Source: Octopus bimaculoides
Lineage: Eukaryota
Assembly: GCF_001194135.2 (NCBI RefSeq)
Contig: NC_068995.1
Coordinates: 52,572,441-52,636,165, forward strand
DNA: 63,725 nt
Reading direction: 5' to 3'
In this document: positions 26,403 through 38,937 of the stretch, in pieces
How positions within the stretch are numbered: position 1 is the first letter of the stretch
Layout of the letters: each line of letters starts with the position of its first letter
Notes under the pieces: model-generated
Told to the model about the DNA's origin: nothing
The model's input: only the letters and a program-made list of their open reading frames with translations
Database searches by the model: none
Translations under genes and position numbers: made by a program

Positions 26403-28291
26403 ATTCTACTTTCAAATCTGTTCCTTCAAGTTTACCCAATTCAAAAATTGGTCCAGTGATTATTCCTTCCTCCCCAAAGCTTGTTTCTGTTAATTCAAGC
26501 TTCTCTGAAAATCAGCCAGCAATTATTCACAATACGAAGAATGACACTCAAAACCCTGTGGAATCTTCATCAAAGAAACCCACAAATTGGAATTCAGAGA
26601 CATCAGATAAACGGACCAGCTCGTCTCCATTGTCTGCTACCAAAAAGTCAGATTTTACACAGAAAGATGCTGTTGAAGAGGTCCTTTGTTCACGTGTGGT
26701 TGTAACTAAAGATAAGCATTCAATTCGGAATGGTAGAACCTCCCCACGTTCTCTTCCACTGGTAGACCTTTCAGATTTCTCAACTGACAACAGCAAAGAG
26801 AAAACGCCATCTGTATTGACATCGAGTATCTCACATGTTGCTGTTGAACCAATAAAAGACAACCACAAGAAAGAGTCGTACCAGTTTACAGTAGTCTCAT
26901 CTGATCAGTTGGACTCACCTTCAAGAAGTTCTGCAATACAGTCCAGTAATATTAAGCAAATACCAGATAAGAATGAAACAAAAATGGAATGGTCAACAAA
27001 CTTGCCACCCACTTTAGAATCAATGAGCCTATTGACCCCTACAAATAGTTCTTTGGTTTCAATCTCAACTGAAAGCCATGTAGCACCTATAGAATTTGTG
27101 CAAAAAGAAGAATCAGTGAGTTCTCATTCTATGCCACCATCATTTTCAGCATCAAAGAGTAAAGAAACTGAAACCGTTTCCAGCCAGATGGTAACACCAG
27201 CTGTAGAACAACCAATTTCTCCTAGAATTACTTCCAATCGTAAACTTCCTGATATATTTAAATCTTCCCACACAAATGCACCAGTTGTTAGACAAATTAC
27301 TTCACCTTCTGCTTCAGAAATTCTATTCACAGACTTTGCACCAGGATCACCAAATGTTTCACCTGTCATAGAAAGTGTGATGGACGTACAAAAATCTAAG
27401 CATAATTTTGCCGAAGTTCCTAAAGCAGAGATTGCTACATCAGAACCAATCGTAATGCAGCCAAAAGTTTCGAAAGACCTTCCTCAGTCTCTCGTAGAAA
27501 CATCTAGCGTGAATTCATCTCAAGTTACAATTTCCAAAGATGATGCTGTTTCACAAAATAAATTTCAAACTCCTTCAACGGCAAAAGCAGAAACATTTCC
27601 ACTCAAAGCTGACAAAGAAATTCCTGAAGTAGAGAGAAGAAGAGGTTCACTCAAAAGAGAAACACTTGAATCAGTCACTCAAGTAGAGAGTTCCAGAAAA
27701 GGAACTCAGAAGACCGCTGGTGATGATCTCAAAGATAATTTGCCTTCAGAAGAACATAAGAAACTTGCTGTAAATATCCCAAAATCCCCGAACAAAAGTG
27801 AAGTAATTCAAGGTACCAATCAATCGCCACAGTCAACAGACGGTTCATCTGTGGTGATGTTGAGAAGGAGCAGAGGGCGTTCACAGGTATCTCCAAGGAG
27901 TGAGTTGATCTCTGAAAAGTCATTGGTGTTCCACTCAGACCCAACAGTAAGTGAGAACAGTTCAAAACAAATGTCGATACAACGTAGAAAGGAATTAGCC
28001 AAGACATGCATAGAACCATATATGGTATTCACCAAGAGGAAATGGTGCATCAGCACTAGATTTGGTCAGACAAACTTTGCATTACCTTCTGAGCCAGAAT
28101 CATCACAAGATGTGTTAAAACTTTCATTACTGGATGAAGATACAGTGATAGATTTTGTGAGTAAAGCTAACTTTGCATTAGACAAACTTGGCTTGTCAAA
28201 TCACTATTCCATCCACATTTGTATTGTTGAAAAAGAAGCCTCTGAAAAAGTTGGGATACGTCTTCAAAAAGGAGAGAAACAGGAATTATTG
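26403..28291 (+). CDS. PDZD2/IL16-like: Multi-PDZ scaffold exon: S/T/P-rich spacer and N-half of PDZ-c
   Basis: Acceptor tcttctcttcttctttcaatag|AT (phase 1) and donor TTG|gtaaat (phase 0), inside ORF 26363-28423. Ends SIHICIVEKEASEKVGIRLQKGEKQELL. Confidence 0.87.
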
Positions 28292-28563
28292 GTAAATATT
28301 GGAGTAATTCTTCCATCATCTATTTTGATCATCTCATCTCATCTTCTTGTGAGTGGATTTGATAGTATGAAAGCGCTAACTGAATGTTATGAACGTTACA
28401 AAATATTTTTTTTTAATGTTTAACACACTTCAAAATTGTAAAAAAAATATTTTATAATGCAATAATAGAAACACGTGAAAACCAGACCATGTTGTAACTT
28501 TATTCAACCGATATATTATTCTATACACCTTTACACAAATTCAGAATATATATATATATATAT

Positions 28564-28887
28564 GAGCGTGGCCGTTGCCAGTACCGCCTGACTGGCTCCT
28601 GTAGGATTTTCGAGCGAGATCGTTGCCAGTGCCCCTGGACTGGCTTGTGCGGGTGGCACATAAAAGACACCATTTCGAGCGTGGCCGTTTTCGTGCGGGT
28701 GACACGTAAAAGCACCCACTACACTCTCTGAGTGGTTGGCATTAGGAAGGGCATCCAGCTGTAGAAACTCTGCCAAATCAGACTGGAGCCTGGTGTTGCC
28801 ATCCGGTTTCACCAGTCCTCAGTCAAATCGTCCAACCCATGCTAGCATGGAAAGCGGACGTTAAACGATGATGATGATGATGATGAT
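28564..28887 (+). mobile_element. Family B SINE/LINE-tail element ending in (GAT)n; young copy within a (TA)n tract
   Basis: ..ggttggcattaggaagggcatccagctgtag..ccaacccatgctagcatggaaagcggacgttaaac(GAT)7. Internal duplications gagcgtggccgtt x2 and gtgcgggtg.cac.taaaag x2; TA repeats on both sides. Confidence 0.85.
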
Positions 28888-28888
28888 A

Positions 28889-28934
<46 letters not shown>

Positions 28935-29057
28935 AACACACACATACTGTATACTCCATTTCCATTTGTACATTGTCAGTTCACCAAAAAAAAAACTCTA
29001 AGTTAGCTTTGTTTTATTAATTTTTTTTGTTTTCCTTTATTTTTTGTTTTGTTCTAG

Positions 29058-29238
29058 ATCTCTTTGTTAGAGCCAGATGGTGCTGCGAAGCGACAACAGT
29101 ATATCTGTGAGGGAGATTTACTGCTTTATATGAATGGCAAACCAGCATGGAACCAGACTGTGATGGATATGAAAACCTTTCTGCAAACCACCGCCACAAG
29201 AATCGTACTTCTGTTGGCCAGACCATTTGTCGGCGAAG
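29058..29238 (+). CDS. PDZD2/IL16-like: Multi-PDZ scaffold exon: C-half of PDZ-c
   Basis: Acceptor ttttgttttgttctag|ATC (phase 0), then ISLLEPDGAAKRQQYICEGDLLLYMNG..RIVLLLAR. Donor GAAG|gtgagt (phase 1). Confidence 0.92.
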
Positions 29239-29678
29239 GTGAGTGTTGATGGTATTTGTTGTTATAGTTTGGTTTCAGATTTTGGCACAAGGCCAGCAAT
29301 TTCGCGGGAGTGGGGTAAATTGGTTACATCAACCACAGTACTCAGCTGGTACTTATTTCAGCCTCTTGGAAGGGGATGAAAGGTAAAGTTGACCCTGGCA
29401 GAATTTGAACTCAGCCTGTGAAAATGGATGACATGCCACTAAACATTTTGCCCTGTGTACTAACGATTCTTTTCTACTCTAGGCAAAAGGCCTGAAATTT
29501 TGGGGGAGTGGAGGAGGGGGCAGTCGATTAGATCAACCCCAGTACACAACTGTTGTTTAGCCCTAGGTCAGTCCTAAACAAGATGAGTCATGGTTAGTGC
29601 TGTTCCAGTCATGGCTACTCTGTCTTTCACTTGGGTATGTTCCTCCGTTATTTGATGTTTTGATTAATAAATTTCTGT

Positions 29679-30055
29679 GGAGGCACAATGGCCTAGTGAT
29701 TAGAGCAGCGAACTCATGGTCTTAGGATCGTGGTTTCAATGCCCAGACCAAGAGTTGTGAGTGTTTATTGAGCAAAAATACCTAAAGCTCCACGAGGCTC
29801 CGGCAGGGGGTGGTGGCGAACCCTGCTGTACTCTTTCACCATCACTTTCTCTCACACTTTCTTCCTGTTTCTGTTGAATTTGTATTTCAAAGGGTCAGCC
29901 TTGTCACACACTGTCACACTGAATCTCCCTGAGAACTACATTAAGGGTACACGTGTTTGTGGAGTGCTCAGTCACTTGCACGTTAATTTCATGAGCAAGC
30001 TATTCCGTTGATCAGATCAACTGAAACCCTCGACGTCGTAAGTGACAGAATGCCA
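29679..30055 (+). mobile_element. tRNA-headed SINE, family C, full length, just upstream of the PDZ-d acceptor
   Basis: Collinear with 7965-8328; ends about 65 nt before exon 30121. Confidence 0.85.
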
Positions 30056-30120
30056 TGTACAATAAATCTCTACTTCAATGCTTCGTACAATGTTTATTTA
30101 AGCATTTATTTCTCTTTCAG

Positions 30121-30236
30121 ATTCTGAAACCTTTGAGGTCATCCTGCGTAAAGGGGTAACCGGTTTAGGCTTCAGCCTAGGCGGAGGGATCGGATGTCCT
30201 CTCGGAGATCGACCAATTTCTGTGAAGCGAATATTC
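30121..30236 (+). CDS. PDZD2/IL16-like: Multi-PDZ scaffold exon: N-half of terminal IL-16-like PDZ-d; 3' end lost in the N-gap 30237-30461
   Basis: Acceptor tttctctttcag|AT (phase 1). Translates DSETFEVILRKGVTGLGFSLGGGIGCPLGDRPISVKRIF, closely resembling the last PDZ of IL-16/PDZD2 (GLGFSLEGG..GDKPL..RIF). It has no start codon of its own, so the ORF track does not list it on this frame. Confidence 0.92.
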
Positions 30237-30585
30237 NNNNNNNNNNNNNNNNNNNNNNNNNNNNNNNNNNNNNNNNNNNNNNNNNNNNNNNNNNNNNNNN
30301 NNNNNNNNNNNNNNNNNNNNNNNNNNNNNNNNNNNNNNNNNNNNNNNNNNNNNNNNNNNNNNNNNNNNNNNNNNNNNNNNNNNNNNNNNNNNNNNNNNNN
30401 NNNNNNNNNNNNNNNNNNNNNNNNNNNNNNNNNNNNNNNNNNNNNNNNNNNNNNNNNNNNNCTTGTGCCACAATTGATTGCTAAAATCTTCCAATTACTT
30501 AATTAGTCCAGCTGAAGGTTTAGTTTTTAATTTAATTATTTGTTTTATTTTTATTATTCTCATTATCTTTTTTAATTGTCTTTAG

Positions 30586-31073
30586 GTGGCATTGCTGACA
30601 AGTGTGGTGAAATGAGAGTTGGAGACGAAATCTTGGAGGTGAATGGTGAAGATTTTAGAAACCAGCGCCACTTCCATGCTTGGAACCACCTGAAGTTCCT
30701 TCCTGAAGGTGATCTGAAGCTTCTGATATGCAGACATCATAATAGTGAAAAGGTGGATCCATTGCCAACGAGGACAAGAACAGCAAGACCAGGAACAGCA
30801 TCAGGAGAATCAGAACCGGCATCAGCAACATCAACATCAACAGTAACAACAACAACTTCAGTGGAACCAAGAGATCCTCCTTCAGTAACACCTGTTCTAC
30901 CCCTTGTACAACTCTCACCTGAAAAACCTTCTACGGGAATTGCAGCTGCAGCAGCGATGATAGCAATGTCAACCGCAGGTGCAATACATAACCCTCACCA
31001 ACCGCAAAAGTCCACCACGACCACCACAGCCAATACGACGATCACCACCACCACCACAATGCAAACCCAATAA
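30586..31073 (+). CDS. PDZD2/IL16-like: Multi-PDZ scaffold last exon: C-half of PDZ-d plus T/S/P/A-rich tail, ending in TAA
   Basis: Acceptor ttttttaattgtctttag|GT (phase 1). GGIADKCGEMRVGDEILEVNG..HAWNHLKFLPEGDLKLLICR matches the IL-16-type pattern GDEIL..EAWNIIKALPDGPV. Confidence 0.93.
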
Positions 31074-31528
31074 ATGGAGCGTGATAATTCTGTTTTTATT
31101 TACACACAAACAAATTTAAAATTATAGAAAAGAAAGAAAAATAAGAGAGAACACTTTACTCTTAATATTTTTAAAAGAAACATTGAGAAAGAATTACTTT
31201 TAACTATTTTATTTACTTTCTTTTTTGTTAAATTTTTTGTAGCAATTCTATTTTTGAATTTTTTGTATATTTTTTTTCTTCAAAATTCAGTTCAGTTTTG
31301 TTTCAGATTTTTTTTATTGTTTATTTGGATATTTGTTTTTTTTTACCGTTTTTTTTTTAACTGATTCACGCCATCTCACATTACCTAACAACGTGTATAT
31401 ATTTTTGATATACCACATCAGTAGTATTTAACTTGCAAAAAGAAAAAAACAAACAAATCTGGTGATTAAAAAAAACCCACAAAAGAACAAAAAACAAACG
31501 AAAAACAATAACAACGAACTAAATTATA

Positions 31529-31538
31529 AATAAATAAA
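31529..31538 (+). terminator. Putative polyadenylation signal of the PDZ gene
   Basis: Two overlapping AATAAA about 460 nt after the stop, followed by U/GU-rich ttttattgtgatt. Confidence 0.45.
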
Positions 31539-33069
31539 GCTTTTATTGTGATTATTATTAATATTATTATCAATATTATTATTTTCAAATGGTGGATGGC
31601 ATAATTGATAAAGGGACATAATGATTTCCTTGTAATTAGTTATGTTTCTTGTCATCCCAGAATTCAAATCTTGCCGAGGTCAACTTTAACCTTTTATCTT
31701 TCCAGGATCGATCGAATACTTATTAGACAATGTAAAGGCTGAATTACTTAAACACTTCTTTCGAAATATGTGGCTGTATTACTTAAAGAGTCGAAGAATG
31801 TCGTATGACGTCATTTTAATGTCGTTGAGAAAGGCGTAAATATCAAAGTGCTCTCGGTTGTCTCCCTTCTGTAGCCGTGCTATCTGTAGTTACCTGCCCT
31901 TCCTAGAATCGTCTTCATGGCTTCATTAACAAACGAACGTCTTTAATACCTGGATTTCTGTTCTACTTAACAAGCTACGCACCGTACATGTGTGAGTGAT
32001 AGTCGCCGCTTTTTATATATGTTTATTTTCTCTTTCTCTCTCTTTTTTTGTTTTAATTTTACTCTGTACTTCTTCTTGTGCCTAATTTCTAAATACACAC
32101 CGGTGGAGTACCTGCCTCAGTGATAGAAAAAACAAAAAACGAGAGAGTTGAGAGCGAGAGAGTAGGAGGAAAAGCTCTAAGCTGTTGTGGCTATTATTAT
32201 ACTACGGTATATCTACAGGCTGTCGTGGGTGGAGTGGGGGCAATGATGTAAGTACCAGTCGTGTACTAGGGTCGATGCAAAATTCTCTGATTCCTCTTCC
32301 TTTAAATTGTTCTGTGCTTGTATTAGAGACCATTATTATATAGGAATAACATTCCAGTATGTCTGTAAAAAAAATTACGTTTCTTCTTTTCTTTGTAATA
32401 ATAATAATAATGATAATAATAGTAATAATGATTTCTTTTATTGGCCAAAAGGGCCCAAGACATGGATGACAATATCAAAAGATGACTTACAACACACAAA
32501 AACTAAAAACAAAAACAGGTGGGGCTTCTGTTGATCAAAGGTCGATCTCGGCAGATTTGAATTCAAAACTTTCAGAGTTTTATTTGAGTATGTGTTCCAG
32601 CTCTAGTAATTAATAATAATAATAATAATATCTTCTTTATTATTGCCACATTAATAATGATAATAAAGATATCCAACATTGTTATATATTAATTCCATAA
32701 TAATAGCAAGAATATTTTCTAAACTTGACACAAAGTCAAAAATTGTAACTGTGACACCTTTTACTCCCACCCACCCCCTGTTCAGCCACACTGTACATAT
32801 ATAAGCAAGACTCTCCTTCTCTCTCTCTCTCTCTCTCTTGGCCTTCACATCATGATGCTACTGGGGGTTTTTTATATTGTCTACTCTATAACGTATTCTT
32901 ATGTGGTTGTTATTGATGTCAGTGTTGTACAATGCCCCCCCCCACCAAGTCAGATCTGATTCTGAAGACATATTATGAAAGACATTCCAATGGGGACCAT
33001 TCCATATGAGTTATTTATTTGTTTTTATTTCATGCAGTGTATTTAGGATTATAATATCCTGTGTGTTAA

Positions 33070-33235
33070 GTGCAAGGATGGCTGTGGGGTTAAGAATATT
33101 ACTTCTCGAGCATGTGGTTTCAGGTTCAACCCCACTGTATGGCACCTAGGAAAAGTGTCTTCTACCATAAACTAAAGACCCACTGAAGCTTAGTGAGTGG
33201 ATTTGGTAGAGGAAAACTAGAAGAAACTCAACGTG
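33070..33235 (+). mobile_element. SINE family A, 5' part
   Basis: atggctgtggggttaag..ggttcaaccccactg..ggcacc..aagtgtcttctac..gtgagtggatttggtag. Confidence 0.7.
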
Positions 33236-33383
33236 TGAGTGTATATATATATACCCATTACCTAATTTTCCCTCTTCAGTCGCATTGAATGTAGTAAGTT
33301 ACGAAACATCATAACGAATCAATGTTGGCTATCATTTCTATAGAAAATCTGTTAAGATAACCTTAACAAGTGATTATACATAC

Positions 33384-33439
<56 letters not shown>

Positions 33440-35391
33440 TTGTGTGTATACAGTTGTCTTGGCATCACATGAAGGTTGTAAACAAGCATCATCATCCTAT
33501 ACGTGATAGCTTTCATATCCAGTCTTCTGTGCAGAAAAGGACCATAAATATTCCAGGGCATGGGTAATTATTACCTTGCTAGGAAGGACAGCTGGGTGCA
33601 GGAAAGCTGCCTCAAAATATTCCATCTGATTCTTGCAAGCATTGAAAAGTAGATGTTCAATGATAATGATGACGACCATGATAATGTGTTATTACTTTCC
33701 TGTGTAGGTGTGACATGAGGGGAAATTTAGGTTGTTATTTCTAGCATACTGTGTGATACCTTAGACAGTTCTCTGGTGTACCTGCATGTGTGCCTAGGTT
33801 TTGGTGGTGGTTGCAAACTGTAGTGCAACAGGGAGTGGACCTGATTAGACTGCAGTTGTCACTATTTATGTGGTTTTCTGTTTAAATTTGTCCTTTACAC
33901 AGGGTATCTTCTAATCCATTATCTTCCAACTTCCATTTAGTTAATTTGGTAATTATTGTAATGACTGAACATGATGTCAGAAATTTAGTGGACTTCTAAT
34001 TGGCTCAGTTTAAAACCTATAAGTGAAAACACTAGAGGTCACTAATTACAATATAAAAACAAATAAAATTTGGTGTAATTAAGTAAGAAATAAGTGAACA
34101 ATGTGAGATAGATTATGTTATCTGTTTTAATAAACCTGCTTATTTCTAATAATTGGTGTGGTGAGTTTGAATGTCAGAGAGAGAGAAAAAGAGCCTCCAA
34201 CATAGGATCATGACCAGGTCACAATATTTAAATAATTGATCCAATAAATCATCATCATCATCATTATTATATCTTCTGGATCCTTTGAATTTTGGATCAG
34301 TTGGTTTTTGTGGGGGGGTTGAGAAGTGGTGCAGAAAATATAAAATTTGGGTTAGATTTTGTAAAAAAAAACTTTATTCTTGGATATGTTCTTGCTTTAC
34401 TTACTTCAAAGTAAGCAATGATGATAATAATAATAATAATAATAATAATAAGAGGAGGAAGAATATGATTTGATGGCTAATAAAAAAAATGCAAGAAAGA
34501 AAATATGAAATAATTTGTGGGAGGGGAAATAGAAAAAGAAGTAATTGAAGTAATCAAAATAAATTTGAAATTAGAAGAAATATTTTTGAATAATCTAATA
34601 TGAAAAATGGGGTTTGGATTTGAAAATAAACCACTATGTAAATTGAAACCTGTGGGTGGTTGAATGGGTATAGATATAATAATGTTTGCTTGGTGTTTAT
34701 CATTTCGCAGTTTAGGAGTATGCAGGTGATAAAAAGTCAGTTTTTAAGATAACATCTGGAGTGTCAGACTAGCTTAATTTTTCCAAGAGTAACCAATGGG
34801 TGGTGTCTAATAAAGTGAGTATGTGTTGTGTAGTGAGGTTTAAACCAAATTTTCTATATTACTTCCATCATAGAAATACTTCCAATGTCCACGACAATGA
34901 CGACCACCACCAAAAACTTTAAGCAAAGGAAATGAATACAATAGTTTTACTGAGGAGTGGAAGACATAGAAAAGATAGGATAAGATGGAAGGTTGTGGGT
35001 AACGATAAATTTGAGACAGTCAGTTATTGTTGTCAGTGTTGTTACGTGGGAGCTGGGTGCTACACTTTGGTTAGGATGAGATGACAAGAATTTATGTGAT
35101 AAAACTTTTGAAGCATTCCATTTCAAATGTCCACAATTTGAAGTCTATTTGCTAGTAGTGGTCCTATGTGTGTCTATATATATATATATATGTATATAGA
35201 TGCAGCACAGAATTTTGTCAGTGAACAAGTCGCGGTCTCAAAGTGACGAAAATATTATGACAAATTAAATTTAAATGTTGAAGTGAATCTGACGGCTTTT
35301 GTGTGTTATTTTAAACGGCTTATAAACACCTTCCACGCTGCAATTGTTTTCATTCCAGCACACGATCTCAGATCAGGTCACTTGCTATGCA

Positions 35392-35435
<44 letters not shown>

Positions 35436-36603
35436 CGAATGCATCAGAGTGTTTCTGGGACCCAGTGTAATAATATCAGTGTCAAATAGCTTAATAGCTT
35501 TGTTGTTAGAATGGAGTATAGTTTCATTTTCCCCGCATTGTTTGTAAGATATATCACACACATTCGTACAATTAATACTATATGTCATAAATCCACAGTA
35601 ATTTCCGTTGATGATATAGTATCACTGTTATGTACAAGGGAGACAATTTTAGTAAGAAAGCCTGAGTTAGAATTCTTTGTTTTTCTGGTTCTATAGTTTA
35701 ATTTTCAATTTTAACATTGTTATCTCTGCCACTTCCCTCATTCTCTCTTCATATATAGATGATCATTCTTTATGTATTACTTAAATAGATACACTGTAAG
35801 AAAGATGTTGCTTATAATGAATTTTTACCCACCCTGTCAGCTATTTGCAAACATCAGTGATTTCTATATCAGTTGAAGCAAAATTTGTCTAAGCATGTGG
35901 TTGATATTGGATGCTTGCTACTGATGATGCGCAAAGATGCAGACATTCTGTATCTAACTATTCCACTACCACTGCTGGATGTTATTCATCTGTTACTGGT
36001 GTACTTCTGTGCTTTTTAGCACTATACATCTACATATACTCACAGTTGCCTTGCAGAATGTGAAAGTAGAGCTGAATGAATTTATGCACGTTAACAAATA
36101 AGTTTGTATCTTCTGTCTGTGTGTCTCTCTCTGCATATATATATATATGTAGGAATTTATGTGAAGAATGAAGTTTAAAAAGAGTTACACATGAACGCTG
36201 TATATTGATAATTCAAGAAATGAATTTGAAACAAAAAGTATACAATAATAAAAATAAAACAACCATATAAAACATTAAAAAAAATGATTGCTTGATTGAT
36301 TGATATATATAAATAAACGATGTTTTTTTAATTAATCAATATCTGTAATATTTATCCATGAAATTCTAATGGTTAATACTTGAATGAATGGCAATTTCTA
36401 TAAAACATTGTTTTTAAAAGAGAAAAAGAATCCCTGAAATATTGTCATAATAATAATAATAATTATTATGTTTATTATTATCGTTTATGTTATTATTATA
36501 CAAAATATATAAATTAAATAAAGAAAACGAAAAATCCTTCCTCTATGATGTGTTTTGGTGTTGTTTTTATTTTTAATTATTGTCAGTTGTTATAAGTTGT
36601 CCT

Positions 36604-36866
36604 CGAAACCTTTCAGGAAGTCGCCCTTGGAACTTTCCAGGAAGCTACTCTAGGAATTTTCCGTGAAGTCATCGTTCTCTGAACTTTCCCGGAAGTGCTC
36701 GTCCTTGGGATTTTCCAGGAAATCCTCGGAACTTTCCCGAAACCTCCGAATTTTTCCAGGAAATCATCGAAACTTCACAAGAAATCATCAGAATCTTCCA
36801 GGATGTCCACGGAATTTTCCAGGAAGCCATCGGATTCTCCAGGAAATCTGCGGAATTTTCCAGTAA
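36604..36866. repeat. Degenerate 20-27-bp array with consensus GGAA(C/T)TTTCCAGGAA
   Basis: 12 units counted; 6 contain exact TTCnnnGAA and 6 contain GG(A/G)A(C/T)TTTCC. Confidence 0.8.
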
Positions 36867-36876
36867 GTCCTCGAAA

Positions 36877-38937
36877 TAACAGAGACAGAGAGAAAGAGAA
36901 AATAACAGAGAGAGAGAGAGATAATGATAAAGAGACAGAAAAGAACAGAGAGAGAGAGAATGATAAAGAGACAGAGAAAATAACAGAGAGAGGGAGAGTA
37001 GGAGAGAGAATGACAGAGAGAAAGAGAGAGAATGATAAAGAGACAGAGAGAAAATAACGGAGAGAGAGAATGATAGAGAGAAGGAGAGAGAGACAGAGAG
37101 AAAATAAGAGAGAGAATGACAGAGAGAGAATGATAAAGACACAGAGAGAGGGAGAGAAAATAACAGAGAGAGAGAGAGATAATGATAAAGAGAAGGAGAG
37201 AAAATAACAGAGAGAAAGAGAATGACAGAGAAAATAAAAGAGAGAGGGAGAGAAGGAGAGAGAGAGAATGACAAAGAGACAGAGAGAAAATAACAGAGAG
37301 AGGGAATGACATAGAGAGAGAGAGAATGACAACGAGACAGAGAAAATAACAGAGAGAGAGAGAATGACAGTGAGAAAGAGAGAGAGAATGATAAAGAGAC
37401 AGAGAGAAAATAACAGAGTGAGGGAGAGAAGGAGAGAGAATGACAGAGAGAGAGAGAATGTCAGAGAGAAAGAGAGAGAGAGAGAAAATAACAGAGAGAA
37501 AGAGAGAATGACAAAGAGTCAGAGAGAAAATAACAGACAGAGAGAGAGAAGGAGTAAGAATGACATACAGAGAGAGAGAATGATAAAGAGACAGAGAGAA
37601 AATAACAGAGATAGAGAGAGAGAATGACATAGAGAGAGAGAGAATGACAGAGANNNNNNNNNNNNNNNNNNNNNNNNNNNNNNNNNNNNNNNNNNNNNNN
37701 NNNNNNNNNNNNNNNNNNNNNNNNNNNNNNNNNNNNNNNNNNNNNNNNNNNNNNNNNNNNNNNNNNNNNNNNNNNNNNNNNNNNNNNNNNNNNNNNNNNN
37801 NNNNNNNNNNNNNNNNNNNNNNNNNNNNNNNNNNNNNNNNNNNNNNNNNNNNNNNNNNNNNNNNNNNNNNNNNNNNNNNNNNNNNNNNNNNNNNNNNNNN
37901 NNNNNNNNNNNNNNNNNNNNNNNNNNNNNNNNNNNNNNNNNNNNNNNNNNNNNNNNNNNNNNNNNNNNNNNNNNNNNNNNNNNNNNNNNNNNNNNNNNNN
38001 NNNNNNNNNNNNNNNNNNNNNNNNNNNNNNNNNNNNNNNNNNNNNNNNNNNNNNNNNNNNNNNNNNNNNNNNNNNNNNNNNNNNNNNNNNNNNNNNNNNN
38101 NNNNNNNNNNNNNNNNNNNNNNNNNNNNNNNNNNNNNNNNNNNNNNNNNNNNNNNNNNNNNNNNNNNNNNNNNNNNNNNNNNNNNNNNNNNNNNNNNNNN
38201 NNNNNNNNNNNNNNNNNNNNNNNNNNNNNNNNNNNNNNNNNNNNNNNNNNNNNNNNNNNNNNNNNNNNNNNNNNNNNNNNNNNNNNNNNNNCAGAGAGAA
38301 AGGGAGAGAGAATGATAAAGAGACAGAGAGAAAATAACAGAGAGAGAGCGAAGGAGAGAGAATGACATACAGAGAGAGAGAATGACAGAGAGAATGACAT
38401 ACAGAGACAGAGAATGACAGAGAGAAAGGGAGAGAGAATGATAAAGAGACAGAGAGAAAATAACAGAGAGAGGGAGAGGAGAGAGAATGACAGAGAGGGA
38501 ATGATAAAGAGACAGAGAGAAAATAACAGAGAGAGGGAGAGAGAATGACATAGAGATAGAGAGAGAATGACAGAGAGAAAGTGAGAGAGAATGATTAGGA
38601 GACACAGAGAAAATAACAGAGAGTGGGAGAGAAGGAGAGAGAATGACAGGGAGAAAGAGAGAGAGAATGATAAAGAGAAGGAGAGAGAATGATAAAGAGA
38701 AGGAGAGAAAATAACAGAGAGAGAGAATGAGAGAGAGAAAGAGAATGACAGATAAAGACAGAGAGAAAGAGAAAGAAGGAGAGAGAATGACATAGACAAA
38801 GAGAGAGAGAATGATAAAGAGACAGACAGAAAATAAAAGAGAGAGGGAGAGAAGGAGAGAGAGAAGGAGAGAGAATGACAGAGAGGGAGAGAGAGAATGA
38901 TAAAGACACAGAGAGAAAATAACAGAGAGAGGGAGAG
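36877..38937 (+). repeat. Purine-rich compound minisatellite, interrupted by gap 37654-38291
   Basis: Modules AATGATAAAG, AAAATAAC and AATGAC recur between (GA)n runs. Confidence 0.9.

Noticed and set aside
10280-28056. Antisense ORFs overlapping the large exons
   Set aside because: Expected shadow frames of real coding sequence; no independent signals.
36669-38909. Long minus-strand ORFs (up to 605 aa, SLSLCHSL...) and RE-rich plus-strand ORFs
   Set aside because: Products of the GA satellite and a gap; no splice or domain evidence.
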